Assembly: GCA_964235495.1 (NCBI GenBank)
Contig: CAXSAX010000005.1
Coordinates: forward strand, 35,935-99,934
DNA: 64,000 nucleotides
Direction of reading: 5' to 3'
DNA from: an uncultured Acetobacteraceae bacterium
Lineage (GTDB): Bacteria; Pseudomonadota; Alphaproteobacteria; Acetobacterales; Acetobacteraceae
The position numbers and the translations under genes were made by a program. Below, piece after piece: positions 37,819 to 49,359 of the stretch. Within the stretch, counting starts at the first letter, position 1. The number at the start of each line of letters is the position of its first letter. The notes under the pieces are model-generated. The model saw only the letters and a program-made list of their open reading frames with translations. It was not told the origin of the DNA and did no database searches.

Positions 37819-39042
37819 GTGGACATGAAGATCGCGACGAGGCCGGAGCAAGTCGGCCTATCCTCCGAGCGCCTGGCGCGCATCGCGGGCTGGGCGCAGC
37901 GCCTGGTGGAGGATGGCAAGCTGGCCGGGATCACCACCGCGGTCATCCGGCATGGCCAGCTTGCCCACCTGCACAGCTGCGGCCTGGCGGACCGGGCTGC
38001 GGGCGCAGCGATGACGCCGGACACGATGGTGCGCATCTATTCCATGACCAAGCCGCTCACCAGCCTGGCCGTCCTGATGCTCTACGAGCAGGGCCTGTTC
38101 CAGTTGGATGACCCGGTCAGCCGCTTCCTGCCCGCCTTCACCGCCATGCGCGTGGTGTCCGGCGGCCAGCGCGGCAAGCTCGAAACCGTGCCCGCCCTGC
38201 GCGGCATCACCGTGCGCGACCTGCTGACCCACACCTCCGGCCTCACCTACGGCTTCTTGCAGTCCACCCTGGTGGACGAGGCGTATCGCGAGCAGGGCAT
38301 CGATTTCCAGACCGCCGAGTGCAGCCTGGGCGAGCTGGTGGAGCGGGCCGCCGCGCTGCCCCTGCTGGCGCAGCCGGGGGCGGAGTGGAATTACAGCATC
38401 GCCACCGACGTGCTGGGCCATTTGGTGGCCGTCCTGTCCGGCGAGCCGTTCGACGAGTTCCTGCGGCGCCGGGTCATCGAGCCGCTCGGCATGGTCGATA
38501 CCGGATTCCACGTGCCGGCGCAGAAGCACGCCCGGTTCGCCGCCAATTACGGCCGCGGCAAGGATGGCGGCCTGACGCTGCTGGACGACCCGGCCACCAG
38601 CCGCTTCCTCGCCCCGCCCGCGATCTGCTCCGGCGGCGGCGGCCTGGTCTCCACCGCCGGGGACTACCTGCGCTTCTGCCAGTTCATGCTGAACCGCGGC
38701 GAGCTGGACGGCATCCGGCTGCTCGGCCGCAAGACGGTGGCGCTGATGACGGCCAACCACCTGGGCGGCGACATGGCAGCCATGGGCATGCCGCGGTTCA
38801 GCGAGAGCAGCTATGAGGGCATCGGCTTCGGCCTCGGCTTCTCCGTCATGCTCGACCCGGCGCGGGCGCAGATCGTCGGCACGCCGGGCGAATATGCCTG
38901 GGGCGGGGCGGCGAGCACGGCCTTCTGGGTGGACCCGGCGGAGGACATGGCCGTCGTGCTGCTGACCCAGCTCATGCCGTCCACGGCCTACCCGATCCGC
39001 CGCGAGCTGCGCGTGCTGGCGTACGCGGCGATCACCGACTGA
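37819..39042 (+). CDS. Serine hydrolase, beta-lactamase-like esterase (family VIII type)
   Basis: RIYSMTKP (SxxK), LLTHTSG, WNYSIATD, SGGGGLVST, YAWGGAAST. Confidence 0.9.
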   Translation: MDMKIATRPEQVGLSSERLARIAGWAQRLVEDGKLAGITTAVIRHGQLAHLHSCGLADRAAGAAMTPDTMVRIYSMTKPLTSLAVLMLYEQGLFQLDDPVSRFLPAFTAMRVVSGGQRGKLETVPALRGITVRDLLTHTSGLTYGFLQSTLVDEAYREQGIDFQTAECSLGELVERAAALPLLAQPGAEWNYSIATDVLGHLVAVLSGEPFDEFLRRRVIEPLGMVDTGFHVPAQKHARFAANYGRGKDGGLTLLDDPATSRFLAPPAICSGGGGLVSTAGDYLRFCQFMLNRGELDGIRLLGRKTVALMTANHLGGDMAAMGMPRFSESSYEGIGFGLGFSVMLDPARAQIVGTPGEYAWGGAASTAFWVDPAEDMAVVLLTQLMPSTAYPIRRELRVLAYAAITD

Positions 39043-40312
39043 GCATCCGCCTCTCCGCCGCCAACGTCACCCCCGGCAGCATCTCCGCGCCCGACGACGC
39101 CGCGCCCTCGCCGCTCAGCGCGTCGGCATGGCGGCGGGCGGCTTCGCGGGTCGGCGGCGGCGCGCCGATCTGCATGGCGTGGCCGCGCCAAGTGATGTTG
39201 CGGCTGCGGTAGCTCGCGGCCATCACCGCGACCGACATCGCCTCCCGCAGCGGCATAATCCAGGGTCGGGCGTGCAGGATCTGCCCGTAGCCGCCCGGCC
39301 GCGCCATCGGCAGCAGGGCGCGGTCGATCATCCCCGCCGCGGCGCTGCGGGCTGCCCAGGCGCCGGCGCACAGCAGCAGGCTCCAGCCGGCTCCGGCCGA
39401 GAGCAGCGCCGCGGCCAGGCCCCAGGCTATCGGGTATTGCAGGGCCGACGCCGCGAAACCCGCAGGGGCGAGCGAGCGGATGGTGCGGGCCCAGCGCAGC
39501 TCGTGCTGGAACCCGGCCATCAGCGTCGCATCCGACACGGTGGTGGCCGGCAGCGTGTTGGCCAGCCGCACGTCCAGCCCTTGGGCGCAGACCAGCCGGC
39601 CGAGCGCCGCGTCGTCCGCCACGTGGTTGACCAGGGCGCGCAGGCCGCCCACCCGCTCCAGCGTCCGCCGCCGCAGCGCCATGGTGACGCCGAGGCAATC
39701 CTGCCGGCCGAGCGCGCGCGCCATCAGCGCCCCCGGCAGGAAGGTGTAGGTGATCTGGCTGGCGCCCAGCCGCTCCGGCAGCCGCCACGCCGCCGCCCAG
39801 CCGATGCACAGCGTGGTGACCAGCCCGGCCCCGGGCTGCGCCAGCTCAGCCACCACGCGGTCCAGGTAGTCGGGCGTCACATGCAGGTCGCTGTCGGCGA
39901 TCACCAGCAGGTCGTGCCGAGCGGCGGGCAGCATGTTGATGAGGTTGGACACCTTGCGGTTGCAGCCGTGCTGCGCCGGGTCGATCACCACGGCGATGTC
40001 CGCGCGCGGGAACTCAGCGCGCAGCTCGGCCACCACGGCCAGCGCCGGGTCGGAGGCGTGGGCGACGCCGAACACGAGCTGGAACTCCGGGTAGTCCTGC
40101 GCGCAGAACGAGGCGAGCGCCTGGCGCAGCATCGGCTCCCCCCCGTGCAGCGGCTTGAGCACCGTGACCGGCGCGCGGCGGGCCGCCAGGGTGCGGGGAC
40201 GGCTGGCGAACCGGCGCACGACGGCCACGCCGGCCATCGCCTGGAGAACCCCGAACGCGGCGGCCAGCCCGGCCAGCCCGGCCAGGATGTGCATGAAGAC
40301 CGATGGGCTCAT
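39032..40312 (-). CDS. hpnI: GT2 glycosyltransferase, HpnI/ceramide glucosyltransferase-like
   Basis: VTVLKPLHG, QDYPEFQLVFGV, NRKVSNLINM, IADSD, ADDAALG, HELRWARTIR. Start ATG at 40312; the rest of the long listed ORF is an antisense shadow. Confidence 0.8.
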   Translation of the reverse strand: MSPSVFMHILAGLAGLAAAFGVLQAMAGVAVVRRFASRPRTLAARRAPVTVLKPLHGGEPMLRQALASFCAQDYPEFQLVFGVAHASDPALAVVAELRAEFPRADIAVVIDPAQHGCNRKVSNLINMLPAARHDLLVIADSDLHVTPDYLDRVVAELAQPGAGLVTTLCIGWAAAWRLPERLGASQITYTFLPGALMARALGRQDCLGVTMALRRRTLERVGGLRALVNHVADDAALGRLVCAQGLDVRLANTLPATTVSDATLMAGFQHELRWARTIRSLAPAGFAASALQYPIAWGLAAALLSAGAGWSLLLCAGAWAARSAAAGMIDRALLPMARPGGYGQILHARPWIMPLREAMSVAVMAASYRSRNITWRGHAMQIGAPPPTREAARRHADALSGEGAASSGAEMLPGVTLAAERRMLSR

Positions 40313-40456
40313 CTGATGGAAGTTCCCCCTCGCTGCCTGCGAATCAGGTTGCCGGCGGAATGACATCGCATGACCGCGGCCAGGTGGGTAGCCTGCCACG
40401 TTGACGCCGCGCTGCGCCGTCCGCATTGGTGAAAGCTGACAACCACCGGCGGCTCC

Positions 40457-42112
40457 ATGCGACTCCCTCTTGCCTTCGCCCTCCTGCTTGCCGCCGGCGC
40501 GGCCCATGCCGACCCGGCGCATGACAGCCTGACCATCGGCATCGCGCAGTTCCCGGCCTCTTTGCAGCCCGACATCGACCCGCAGGTGGTCCGCACCTAC
40601 GTGATGGCCTTCGTCATGCGCCAGGTCACCGCGTTCGACCCTGAGTGGCACAATTCCTGCCTGCTGTGCACCGAGCTGCCGTCGCTGGAAAACGGCCTGG
40701 CCCGGATCGAGGACCGCCCGGATGGCGGCAAAGGCATGGCGGTGACCATCAAGCTCAAGCCCGGCCTGCAATGGGGCGACGGCCAGCCGGTGACGGCGCG
40801 CGACATCGCCTTCACTTGGAAGCTGGGCAGCGACCCCAACAGCGGCTTCTCCAACACCAACCCCTGGAACCGCGCCAGCAGCGTCGATGTGGTGGACGAC
40901 CAGACCGCCGTGCTGCACTTGGACCGGGTGCGCGCCGACTTCGCCCAGTGGGACCAGATTCTGCCCGAGCACGTCGAGGGCGCGGTCGTCGCGAAGGATT
41001 CCAGCCCCGGCGCCTACATCAACGGCACCAACTACAACCGCGCCCCGGTCAACCCGGGGCTGTACGACGGCCCCTACCTGATCACGGCCTATGACAGCGG
41101 CAACCAGATCGTGCTGGAGCCGAACCCGCATTGGAGCGGCACGAAGCCCGGCTTCAAGCGCATCGTCCTGCGCCACATCGAGAACACCGCGGCGTTGCAG
41201 GCCAACCTGCTCTCCGGCGACGTGGACATGGTGGCCGGCGAGGGCATCGGCCTCACCATCGACCAGGCGCTGGCGTTGCAGAAGGCCCACCCGGACCAGT
41301 TCCACTACCAGTTCAAGCCGAGCCTGACCTACGAGCACATCGACCTGAAGCGGGAGAACCCGCTGCTGGCCGACGTGCGGGTGCGGCGCGCGCTGCTGAT
41401 GGCGCTGGACCGCCAGACCATGGTGGACCGGCTGTTCGGCGGCGCGCAGCCGGTGGCCGCCACCTGGGTCAACCCGCTCAGCCCCGGCTACGACCCGGCC
41501 GTGCCCGTGGTGAAATACGACCCGGCGGGCGCCAAGGCGCTGCTGGCGGAGGCGGGCTGGACCCCGGGCGCCGACGGCGTGTGCCGCAACGCGGCCGGCG
41601 AACGGCTGCAGTTCGAGCTGGGCACCACCGCCGGCAACCGGCTGCGCGAGCTGCAGGAGCAGGTGCTGCAATCCAATTTCAAGAACGCCTGCGTGGCGAT
41701 CACGATCAAGAACGAGCCGGCCCGCACCCTGTTCGGCGACACGCTGAAGCACCGCAGCTACACGGGAATGGAAATGTATGCCTGGAGCAGCAACGTGACC
41801 GAGACGCCGCTCCGTACCCTGGGCACCGACCAAATCCCGGTTGCGGCCAACAACTACGGCGGCGCGAACTACGCCGGCTTCAGCGACCCTGCGATGGACG
41901 CGGACATCCTGGCCGCCGAGGGCGAGCTGGACCCGGCAAAGCAGAAGGCGCTCTGGGCCGACATGCAGCGCATCTACGCCGCCCAGGCGCCGGTGCTGCC
42001 GCTGTTCTTCCGCGCCGACCCACACGTGACGCCGCCCTGGCTGCGCGGCTACGTGCCGACCGGGCAGGGCGACCCGAGCAGCACCTGGGCCGAAGAGTGG
42101 CGCCCGGCATGA
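40457..42112 (+). CDS. Peptide/nickel ABC substrate-binding protein (family 5), paralog 1
   Basis: Signal peptide, LKPGLQWGDG, DVRVRRALLMALDRQ, AKALLAEAGW. Confidence 0.9.
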   Translation: MRLPLAFALLLAAGAAHADPAHDSLTIGIAQFPASLQPDIDPQVVRTYVMAFVMRQVTAFDPEWHNSCLLCTELPSLENGLARIEDRPDGGKGMAVTIKLKPGLQWGDGQPVTARDIAFTWKLGSDPNSGFSNTNPWNRASSVDVVDDQTAVLHLDRVRADFAQWDQILPEHVEGAVVAKDSSPGAYINGTNYNRAPVNPGLYDGPYLITAYDSGNQIVLEPNPHWSGTKPGFKRIVLRHIENTAALQANLLSGDVDMVAGEGIGLTIDQALALQKAHPDQFHYQFKPSLTYEHIDLKRENPLLADVRVRRALLMALDRQTMVDRLFGGAQPVAATWVNPLSPGYDPAVPVVKYDPAGAKALLAEAGWTPGADGVCRNAAGERLQFELGTTAGNRLRELQEQVLQSNFKNACVAITIKNEPARTLFGDTLKHRSYTGMEMYAWSSNVTETPLRTLGTDQIPVAANNYGGANYAGFSDPAMDADILAAEGELDPAKQKALWADMQRIYAAQAPVLPLFFRADPHVTPPWLRGYVPTGQGDPSSTWAEEWRPA

Positions 42113-43746
42113 TCCGCACCGCACTGGTCTGGCTGGCGCTGTGCAGCCTGGCTGCCGCCGCGCCGCACCACACCCTTACCATCGGCGTCTCGTCCTTCCC
42201 GTCCACGCTGAATCCGCAGATCGATGCCGACGTCATCAAGTTCTACGACCTGGGCTTCGCCGACCGCCCGGTGACGGCGTGGGACGCGGACCGACACCTG
42301 CAATGCCTGCTGTGCACGGAGCTTCCCACCATCGCCAACGGAGGCGCCAAGCTGGAAGGTGACGGCATGGCGGTGACGGTGCGGTTCAAACCGGGGCTGA
42401 CCTGGGCGGATGGCGCACCGCTGGGCGCCGAGGACCTCGCCTTCACCGCCCGGGTCGGCCGCGACCCGAACAGCGGCTTCACCAACACCAAGACCTGGTC
42501 GCGGGTGAGCCGGGTCGATGTGCTGGACCCGCAGACGGCGGTGATGCACCTGAGCGAGCCGTTTTACCAATATGACGAGATCGCCGAACTGCTGCCCGCC
42601 CACTTGGAGCAGCCTGTATACGAGGCTAACCCCAAGCCGGGCGACTACATCCAGCACAGCCTCTACAACCGGGACCCGACCAACCCTGGGCTGTACAACG
42701 GGCCGTACCGCATCACGGCCGACGACGTGGGCAGCCAGCTCGTGCTGGACCGCAACGAGCATTGGACGGGCGCGCGACCATATTTCGACCGCATCATCAT
42801 CAAGACCATCGGCAACACGGCCGCGTTGCAGGCCAACCTGCTGTCCGGCGACGTGGACATGGTGCCTGGCGAGGGAATAGGCCTGACGCTCGACCAGGTG
42901 ATCACGATGCAGCGGCAGTACCCGGCGCGGTTCACCTACGCCTACAAGCCGAACCTCAACTACACGCATCTTGACGTGCAACTGGATGACCCGGCGCTGG
43001 CGGACGTGCGGGTGCGCCGCGCTCTGCTGATGGCCATCGACCGGCAAGGCATCGTTGACAAGCTGATGGGCGGGCGTGTTCCCGTCGCCAACAGCTTCAT
43101 CAGCCCGATCGACCCGGACTACGCCGCCGATGTTCCGACTTACCCCTATGACCCCGCCCGTGCCGCCGCGCTGCTGACGGAGGCGGGATGGGTCCCCGGC
43201 CCGGACGGCATACGCCGCAACCCTGGCGGACAGCGCCTCAACGTCGAGTTCACCACCACGGTGGGCGTGCGCTTCCGGGAGTTGCAGCAGCAGGTGATCC
43301 AGAGCGAGTGGCGCAGCATCGGCGTGGAGTCGGAGATCAAGAACGAGCCGCCGCGCACCCTGTTCGGCGAGACGCTGAAGCACCGCAGCTTCCCGGGCGT
43401 CGTGATGTTCTCCTGGAGCAGCCCCATCGAGAGCACGCCGCGGCAAATCCTGTCCAGCGGCCAGGTTCCGACGGCGGCCAACGACTGGGGCGGCACCAAC
43501 TACACGGATTTCCGCAACCCGCAGATGGACGCCGACATCGACAGGATGGAGCGCGAGCTGGACCCGGCCAAGCGCCTGCCGATCTGGGCCGACATGCAGC
43601 GCATCTACGCTGACCAGTTGCCTGCGCTGCCGCTCAACTTCGGCGCCGAGGCGCATGTGTGGCCGACTTGGCTGCACGGTGTGCAGCCGACCGGTCACGC
43701 GCAACCGAGCACCCTCTGGTCGGAGCATTGGCTTGCCGATGAGTGA
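42109..43746 (+). CDS. Peptide/nickel ABC substrate-binding protein (family 5), paralog 2
   Basis: ATGA overlap with paralog 1. Shares NTAALQANLLSGDVDMV and KNEPxRTLFGxTLKHRS with it. Confidence 0.9.
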   Translation: MIRTALVWLALCSLAAAAPHHTLTIGVSSFPSTLNPQIDADVIKFYDLGFADRPVTAWDADRHLQCLLCTELPTIANGGAKLEGDGMAVTVRFKPGLTWADGAPLGAEDLAFTARVGRDPNSGFTNTKTWSRVSRVDVLDPQTAVMHLSEPFYQYDEIAELLPAHLEQPVYEANPKPGDYIQHSLYNRDPTNPGLYNGPYRITADDVGSQLVLDRNEHWTGARPYFDRIIIKTIGNTAALQANLLSGDVDMVPGEGIGLTLDQVITMQRQYPARFTYAYKPNLNYTHLDVQLDDPALADVRVRRALLMAIDRQGIVDKLMGGRVPVANSFISPIDPDYAADVPTYPYDPARAAALLTEAGWVPGPDGIRRNPGGQRLNVEFTTTVGVRFRELQQQVIQSEWRSIGVESEIKNEPPRTLFGETLKHRSFPGVVMFSWSSPIESTPRQILSSGQVPTAANDWGGTNYTDFRNPQMDADIDRMERELDPAKRLPIWADMQRIYADQLPALPLNFGAEAHVWPTWLHGVQPTGHAQPSTLWSEHWLADE

Positions 43747-44712
43747 GGCGGGGCGCAGCGACGTCCTCGCGGTGGACAACCTCTCCGTGAGCTTCCCCGC
43801 GCCCGGCGGGATGCGGCAGGTCGTGGCCGGCATCGGCTTCGGCGTGCCCGCCGGGCGGACGCTGGGCGTGGTGGGCGAGAGCGGATGCGGCAAGTCCATG
43901 ACGGCGCTGGCGGTGATGGGCCTGGTGCCGCCGCCGGGCGTCGTCGCCGGCTCGGTCCGGGTGGAAGGCCGCGAAATGCTCGGCCAGCCCCCCGCCGTGT
44001 GGCGGCACCTGCGCGGCGAGCGGGTGGCGATGGTGTTCCAGGAACCGATGACCGCGCTGAACCCGGTGATGACCGTGGGCCGCCAGATCGCCGAGGTGAT
44101 GGTGCTGCACCAGCAGCTCAGCTGGAGGCAGGCCGGCTCCCGCGCGGTCGAGACGCTGGCCGATGTCGGCATCACCTCGCCCAAGGAGCGCGCCGCGGCC
44201 TACCCGCACCAGCTCTCCGGCGGGATGCGGCAGCGCGCGATGATCGCCATGGCGCTCGCCTGCCGCCCCGCCCTGCTGATCGCCGACGAGCCGACCACCG
44301 CGCTCGACGTGACCATCCAGGCGCAAATCCTCGACCTGATGCTCGGCTTGCAGGACGAGATCGGCATGGCGATCCAGTTCATCAGCCACAACCTGGCCGT
44401 GGTCAGCGAGGTCGCGCACGAGATCATCGTCATGTACGCCGGCCGCGTGGTGGAGCGCGCCCCGGCCGAGGCGCTGTTCGCCGACCCGCTGCACCCCTAC
44501 ACGCTGGGCCTGATCGCCACCCTGCCGGACCCGGCGCACCGCGCGGCCGAGCTACCGGTGATCCCCGGCGGCGTGCCCAACCTGGACAGCGCCTTCCTCG
44601 GCTGCCGCTTCACCGACCGCTGCCCCCGCGGCGACGCGAGCTGCCGCCGTGCCGAACCGCCGCTGGAGCAGCTGGCGCCGGGTCACTGGGTCGCGTGCTT
44701 CAAGGCGCGGCA

Positions 44713-44716
<4 letters not shown>
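43739..44716 (+). CDS. Oligopeptide ABC ATP-binding protein (DppD/OppD-like)
   Basis: [38 protein letters not shown]. Confidence 0.92.
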
Positions 44717-45663
<947 letters not shown>

Positions 45664-45782
45664 GCGCTCTCCCACGCCACGCGACAAGCACGCCTCCGCC
45701 CCGAACCGACTTGGTCTATCCGCCGCCCTCGAATTTCTTTAAGGGCTCGCCGCAAGCTTCGGCTCGAATGAGGAGACGTCTG

Positions 45783-46211
45783 ATGGCCAAACAACCCGGC
45801 ACGCCAAAGGCTAAGACGCCCGCCCCAGCGCAGTTCGACATGAACAGCCGCGAGCGCAAAGGCGGCAAGGGCGGCCCTGGCGGTCCGGGCCGTGGTCGTG
45901 ACGACAAGCGCCCGCCCGCCCGCATCGTGAACCTGCCGCCTACTTTGGTTGACCGCGGCGAGGGGTGGGTCATCATGAAGGTTGGCAAGATCGACCAAGC
46001 CTCGCACGCCGCCATGGGTGCCGAATACCACCTGACCTTCGAGGGTCACGACCCGTTGGTGTTCGCCTACTTGGGCGGAGCCCGAGACCGCGCCAAAGAG
46101 CCGCCCCCGGAGATCGCACAGGCGGCGGAGACAACAGTTGACGCGGCTGAGGAGTCTCCCGACGCGGCTGAGGAGCCTACCGCTGCAGAGCCTCCGGCCG
46201 AGGTGGTGTAG
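45783..46211 (+). CDS. Hypothetical protein, 142 aa, with basic N-terminus and acidic repeat tail
   Basis: SD GAGGAG 7 nt before ATG at 45783. Fills the gap between dppF-like and rnhA. No family recognised. Confidence 0.7.
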   Translation: MAKQPGTPKAKTPAPAQFDMNSRERKGGKGGPGGPGRGRDDKRPPARIVNLPPTLVDRGEGWVIMKVGKIDQASHAAMGAEYHLTFEGHDPLVFAYLGGARDRAKEPPPEIAQAAETTVDAAEESPDAAEEPTAAEPPAEVV

Positions 46212-46656
46212 AACCACCTTCTCTCGCCCGGGTCGCCAGCACGTCTGCCCGCTCGTTCATGACGTCCCCGGCGTGGCCGCGCACCCATTTCCACTCGATC
46301 TGGTGCGGCTTGGCCGCCGTCAGCAGGCGCTGCCACAGCGCCATGTTGGCCACCGGGTCGCCGGCCGCGTTGCGCCAGTTCCGCCGCACCCAGCCGGTGT
46401 GCCAGCGGGTGATGCCGTTGCGGACGTACTCGCTGTCGGTGTGCAGCACCACCCGGCATGGCCGGGTCAGCGTCTCCAGCGCGGCGGCGGCGGCGGCCAG
46501 TTCCATGCGGTTGTTGGTGGTGGCGGCGTCCGCCCCCGTCAGCTCCCGCTCCGTGCCGCCGAAGCGCAGGATGGCGGCCCAGCCGCCCGGGCCGGGGTTG
46601 GGCTTGCAGCCGCCATCGGTCCAGATTTCGACCAGGCCGGCATTGTCAGAGTCCAT
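46177..46656 (-). CDS. rnhA: Ribonuclease HI
   Basis: [38 protein letters not shown]...NERAD. Confidence 0.96.
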   Translation of the reverse strand: MDSDNAGLVEIWTDGGCKPNPGPGGWAAILRFGGTERELTGADAATTNNRMELAAAAAALETLTRPCRVVLHTDSEYVRNGITRWHTGWVRRNWRNAAGDPVANMALWQRLLTAAKPHQIEWKWVRGHAGDVMNERADVLATRAREGGSTPPRPEALQR

Positions 46657-47605
46657 AAGCGTGTTCATCCGTGGCGAGCAGGTGGAAGCGGAGCCGGCCC
46701 AGGTATTCCAGCGGGTCCTTGCGCGTCACCAGGGCACCCGGCGGCGTGTTCACCCAGTCATACAGCCGGGTCAGCAGGAAGCGGATCGCCGCCCCCTGGC
46801 ACAGCACGGGCAGGGCGGCCCGCTCGGCCGCGCTCAGCGGGCGGCGCGCGGCGTAGGCGTGCAGCATGGCCCGCGCCTTGGTGACGTTGAACGACATGTC
46901 CGGCTCGAAGCACCAGGCGTTGAGGCAGACCGCGAGGTCATAGGCGAGCAGGTCGGTGGCGGCGAAATAGAAGTCGATCAGCCCGGACAGCCGGCCGTCC
47001 AGGAAGAACACGTTGTCCGGAAACAGGTCGGCATGGATGTGGCCGCGCGGCAGGGCAGGGGGCCAACTGGCCAGGATGCGCGCCAGCGCGGCCGCCAGCG
47101 CCTCGCCCAAGCCGGGCTGCACCTCATCCGCGCGGGGCAGGCAGCGGTCCAGCAACGGCTGCCAGCCGGACGGGCCAAGGGCGTTCGGCCGTTCCGGCGG
47201 GTAATCCATCCCGGCCACGTGCAGCCCGGCCAGCGCCGTGCCGAGCGGGCCGCAATGCGCCGGGCGCACCCGGCGCGGCCACACCCCGGGCAGGAAGGTG
47301 GTGATGCAGGCCGGCCGGCCCGCCATGCGCCGCAGCGCCTGGCCATCCCGTCCGCGCACCGGCTGCGGGCAGGTGATGCCATGGGTGGCCAGGTGCTCCA
47401 TCAGGCCGAGGAACCAGGGCAACTCCGCCGGGTCCACGCGTTTCTCATAGAGGGTGAGGATGAAGTCGCCGGCGGTGGTGCGCAGCGAGAAGTTGCTGTT
47501 CTCGACACCCTCGGCGATGCCGCGGAAGGCCACCACCGTGCCAAGGTCGTAATGGGCCAGGTAGGCGGCGACCGCTTCGTCGGTGACTTCGGTGTAAACG
47601 GCCAT
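46646..47605 (-). CDS. thrB: Homoserine kinase, type II (APH-like)
   Basis: [35 protein letters not shown]. Confidence 0.95.
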   Translation of the reverse strand: MAVYTEVTDEAVAAYLAHYDLGTVVAFRGIAEGVENSNFSLRTTAGDFILTLYEKRVDPAELPWFLGLMEHLATHGITCPQPVRGRDGQALRRMAGRPACITTFLPGVWPRRVRPAHCGPLGTALAGLHVAGMDYPPERPNALGPSGWQPLLDRCLPRADEVQPGLGEALAAALARILASWPPALPRGHIHADLFPDNVFFLDGRLSGLIDFYFAATDLLAYDLAVCLNAWCFEPDMSFNVTKARAMLHAYAARRPLSAAERAALPVLCQGAAIRFLLTRLYDWVNTPPGALVTRKDPLEYLGRLRFHLLATDEHAYGL

Positions 47606-47627
47606 GGCTTACGTCGTGTGCGTTGCG

Positions 47628-47668
47628 CCCCTCGCCCCGGCCCTTTCCCGCAAAGGGGAGAGGGGGAG
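47628..47668. repeat. Short palindromic intergenic repeat of the alphaproteobacterial CCCTCTCCC..GGGAGAGGG type
   Basis: CCCCTCGCCCCGGCCCTTTCCCGCAAAGGGGAGAGGGGGAG. 9-bp stem with one G-U pair, between ispH and thrB. Confidence 0.6.
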
Positions 47669-47679
47669 GCAAGGCGGCA

Positions 47680-48633
47680 TCAAGACAGCGGGGCGGGCAG
47701 CTTGAAGATCACGTCCTCCTCCGTCACCCGGCGCTCCTCGATGCTGAGGGTGTAGCGCTCGGCCAGGTGGGTGATCATCTCCTGCACCAGCATCTCGGGC
47801 GCCGAGGCGCCGGCGGTGAGGCCCAGCGTCTGCACGCCGTCCATCACCGTCCAGTCCAAGTCGCGCGCGCGGGGCACCAGCACGGCGCGCTTGGCCCCGG
47901 CGCGCTCGGCCACCTCGCGCAGCCGCAGGGAGTTGGAGGAGTTCGGGCTGCCGATCACGATCACCAGGTCGCAATCCGGCGCCACCGCCTTGACCGCCGC
48001 CTGCCGGTTGGTGGTGGCGTAGCAGATATCCTCCCGCTTCGGGCCTTCGATGGCGGGAAAGCGGGTGCGCAGCACGTTGACGATCTCCGCCGTGTCATCG
48101 ACGGACAGCGTCGTTTGCGTGATGAAGGCGAGCAGCCCCGGGGCTGGCTGCACGGCGGCCGCCTCGTCCGCGTCCTGCACCAGCGTCACCGCGCCGGGCG
48201 GCAACTGGCCCATGGTGCCGACCACCTCCGGGTGTCCGGCATGGCCGATCATCAGGATATGGCGCTGGTCCGGCCCGCCCTCGGCGAAATGCCGCTCGGC
48301 CTCGCGGTGCACCTTGCTTACCAGCGGGCAGGTCGCGTCATAGTAGTGCAGGTGGCGGCGCTCGGCCTCCAGCGGCACCGCCTTGGGCACGCCATGGGCG
48401 GAGAACACCACGTGGGCATCCGGCGGCACCTCGTCCAGCTCCTCCACGAACACGGCGCCCTGCGCCTCCAGCGCCTCCACCACCGTGCGGTTGTGGACGA
48501 TCTCGTGGCGCACGTACACCGGCGCGCCGAACCGGCGGATGGCTTCCTCCACCACGCGAATGGCGCGGTCCACGCCGGCGCAGAACCCGCGCGGGCCGGA
48601 CAGCAGGATGCGAAGCGGGGTTGTCTGGTCCAT
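47680..48633 (-). CDS. ispH: 4-hydroxy-3-methylbut-2-enyl diphosphate reductase
   Basis: [59 protein letters not shown]. Confidence 0.97.
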   Translation of the reverse strand: MDQTTPLRILLSGPRGFCAGVDRAIRVVEEAIRRFGAPVYVRHEIVHNRTVVEALEAQGAVFVEELDEVPPDAHVVFSAHGVPKAVPLEAERRHLHYYDATCPLVSKVHREAERHFAEGGPDQRHILMIGHAGHPEVVGTMGQLPPGAVTLVQDADEAAAVQPAPGLLAFITQTTLSVDDTAEIVNVLRTRFPAIEGPKREDICYATTNRQAAVKAVAPDCDLVIVIGSPNSSNSLRLREVAERAGAKRAVLVPRARDLDWTVMDGVQTLGLTAGASAPEMLVQEMITHLAERYTLSIEERRVTEEDVIFKLPAPLS

Positions 48634-48760
48634 GTTGTCCGTGGGATGTGCGACGCGCAGTATGGCGTCCCGCCCGTCCTGCCACAACCCGGAGTGCGCC
48701 GAGCCGCGCTCGCCTGCCTCAAAGCTCCCATCCGCCCGGAGCGCCCAAGCGGAGTTGCCG

Positions 48761-49354
48761 ATGCCGTCGTCCATGCCTGCCCGTGCCCTTCCGTCCGGCA
48801 CGACCCGGACGCTGCCTTCAGCGCGGCGCATCCTGCTGCCCGCGCTCCCGTTGCTGGCCGTCCTGGCCAGCCTATCCGCCTGCGCCCAGCAGGACCTCCC
48901 GGCCTTCGCCCCGGTCTGCCCGCAAACCGCCATCCGTCCGGACGCCGGAGACCTGAGCCAGTACCGCGGCGCCGGAGCCGACTTGACTGATCTGGTGGTG
49001 GACGGCCGAATCACAGGCCTGTCCGGCAAATGTTCCCTGGATGACCGCACCCACTTGCATACCCGCATTTCCGTTAAGATGGAGCTGACGCGCGGGCCGG
49101 CCGCCAAGGGGCCGCTCGCGTCGGTGACCTACTTCGTGGCCGTCGCCAAAGGCGACAAGATCCTGGACAAAAAGGATTATACCGTGGCCGTGACCTTCCC
49201 GCCCAACTCCGACAAGCTGCGGCTCAGCGGCGAGCAGGTGGACCTCGTGCTGCCGGTCGATGAGCACCTCACCGGGGCGGCCTATAGCATCCTGGTCGGC
49301 TACCAGCTGACCCCGCAGCAACTGGCACTCAACCGCCGCCGCGGCCCGCGTTGA
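48761..49354 (+). CDS. Conserved hypothetical lipoprotein (start uncertain)
   Basis: Lipobox LSAC, then [16 protein letters not shown]...YFVAV...ILVGYQLT. Divergent from ispH. Confidence 0.75.
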   Translation: MPSSMPARALPSGTTRTLPSARRILLPALPLLAVLASLSACAQQDLPAFAPVCPQTAIRPDAGDLSQYRGAGADLTDLVVDGRITGLSGKCSLDDRTHLHTRISVKMELTRGPAAKGPLASVTYFVAVAKGDKILDKKDYTVAVTFPPNSDKLRLSGEQVDLVLPVDEHLTGAAYSILVGYQLTPQQLALNRRRGPR

Positions 49355-49359
49355 CGGCC

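Noticed and set aside
40313-42124. Apparent 1030-aa HpnI fusion
   Set aside because: The upstream part is antisense to the peptide-binding protein gene. The glycosyltransferase starts at 40312.
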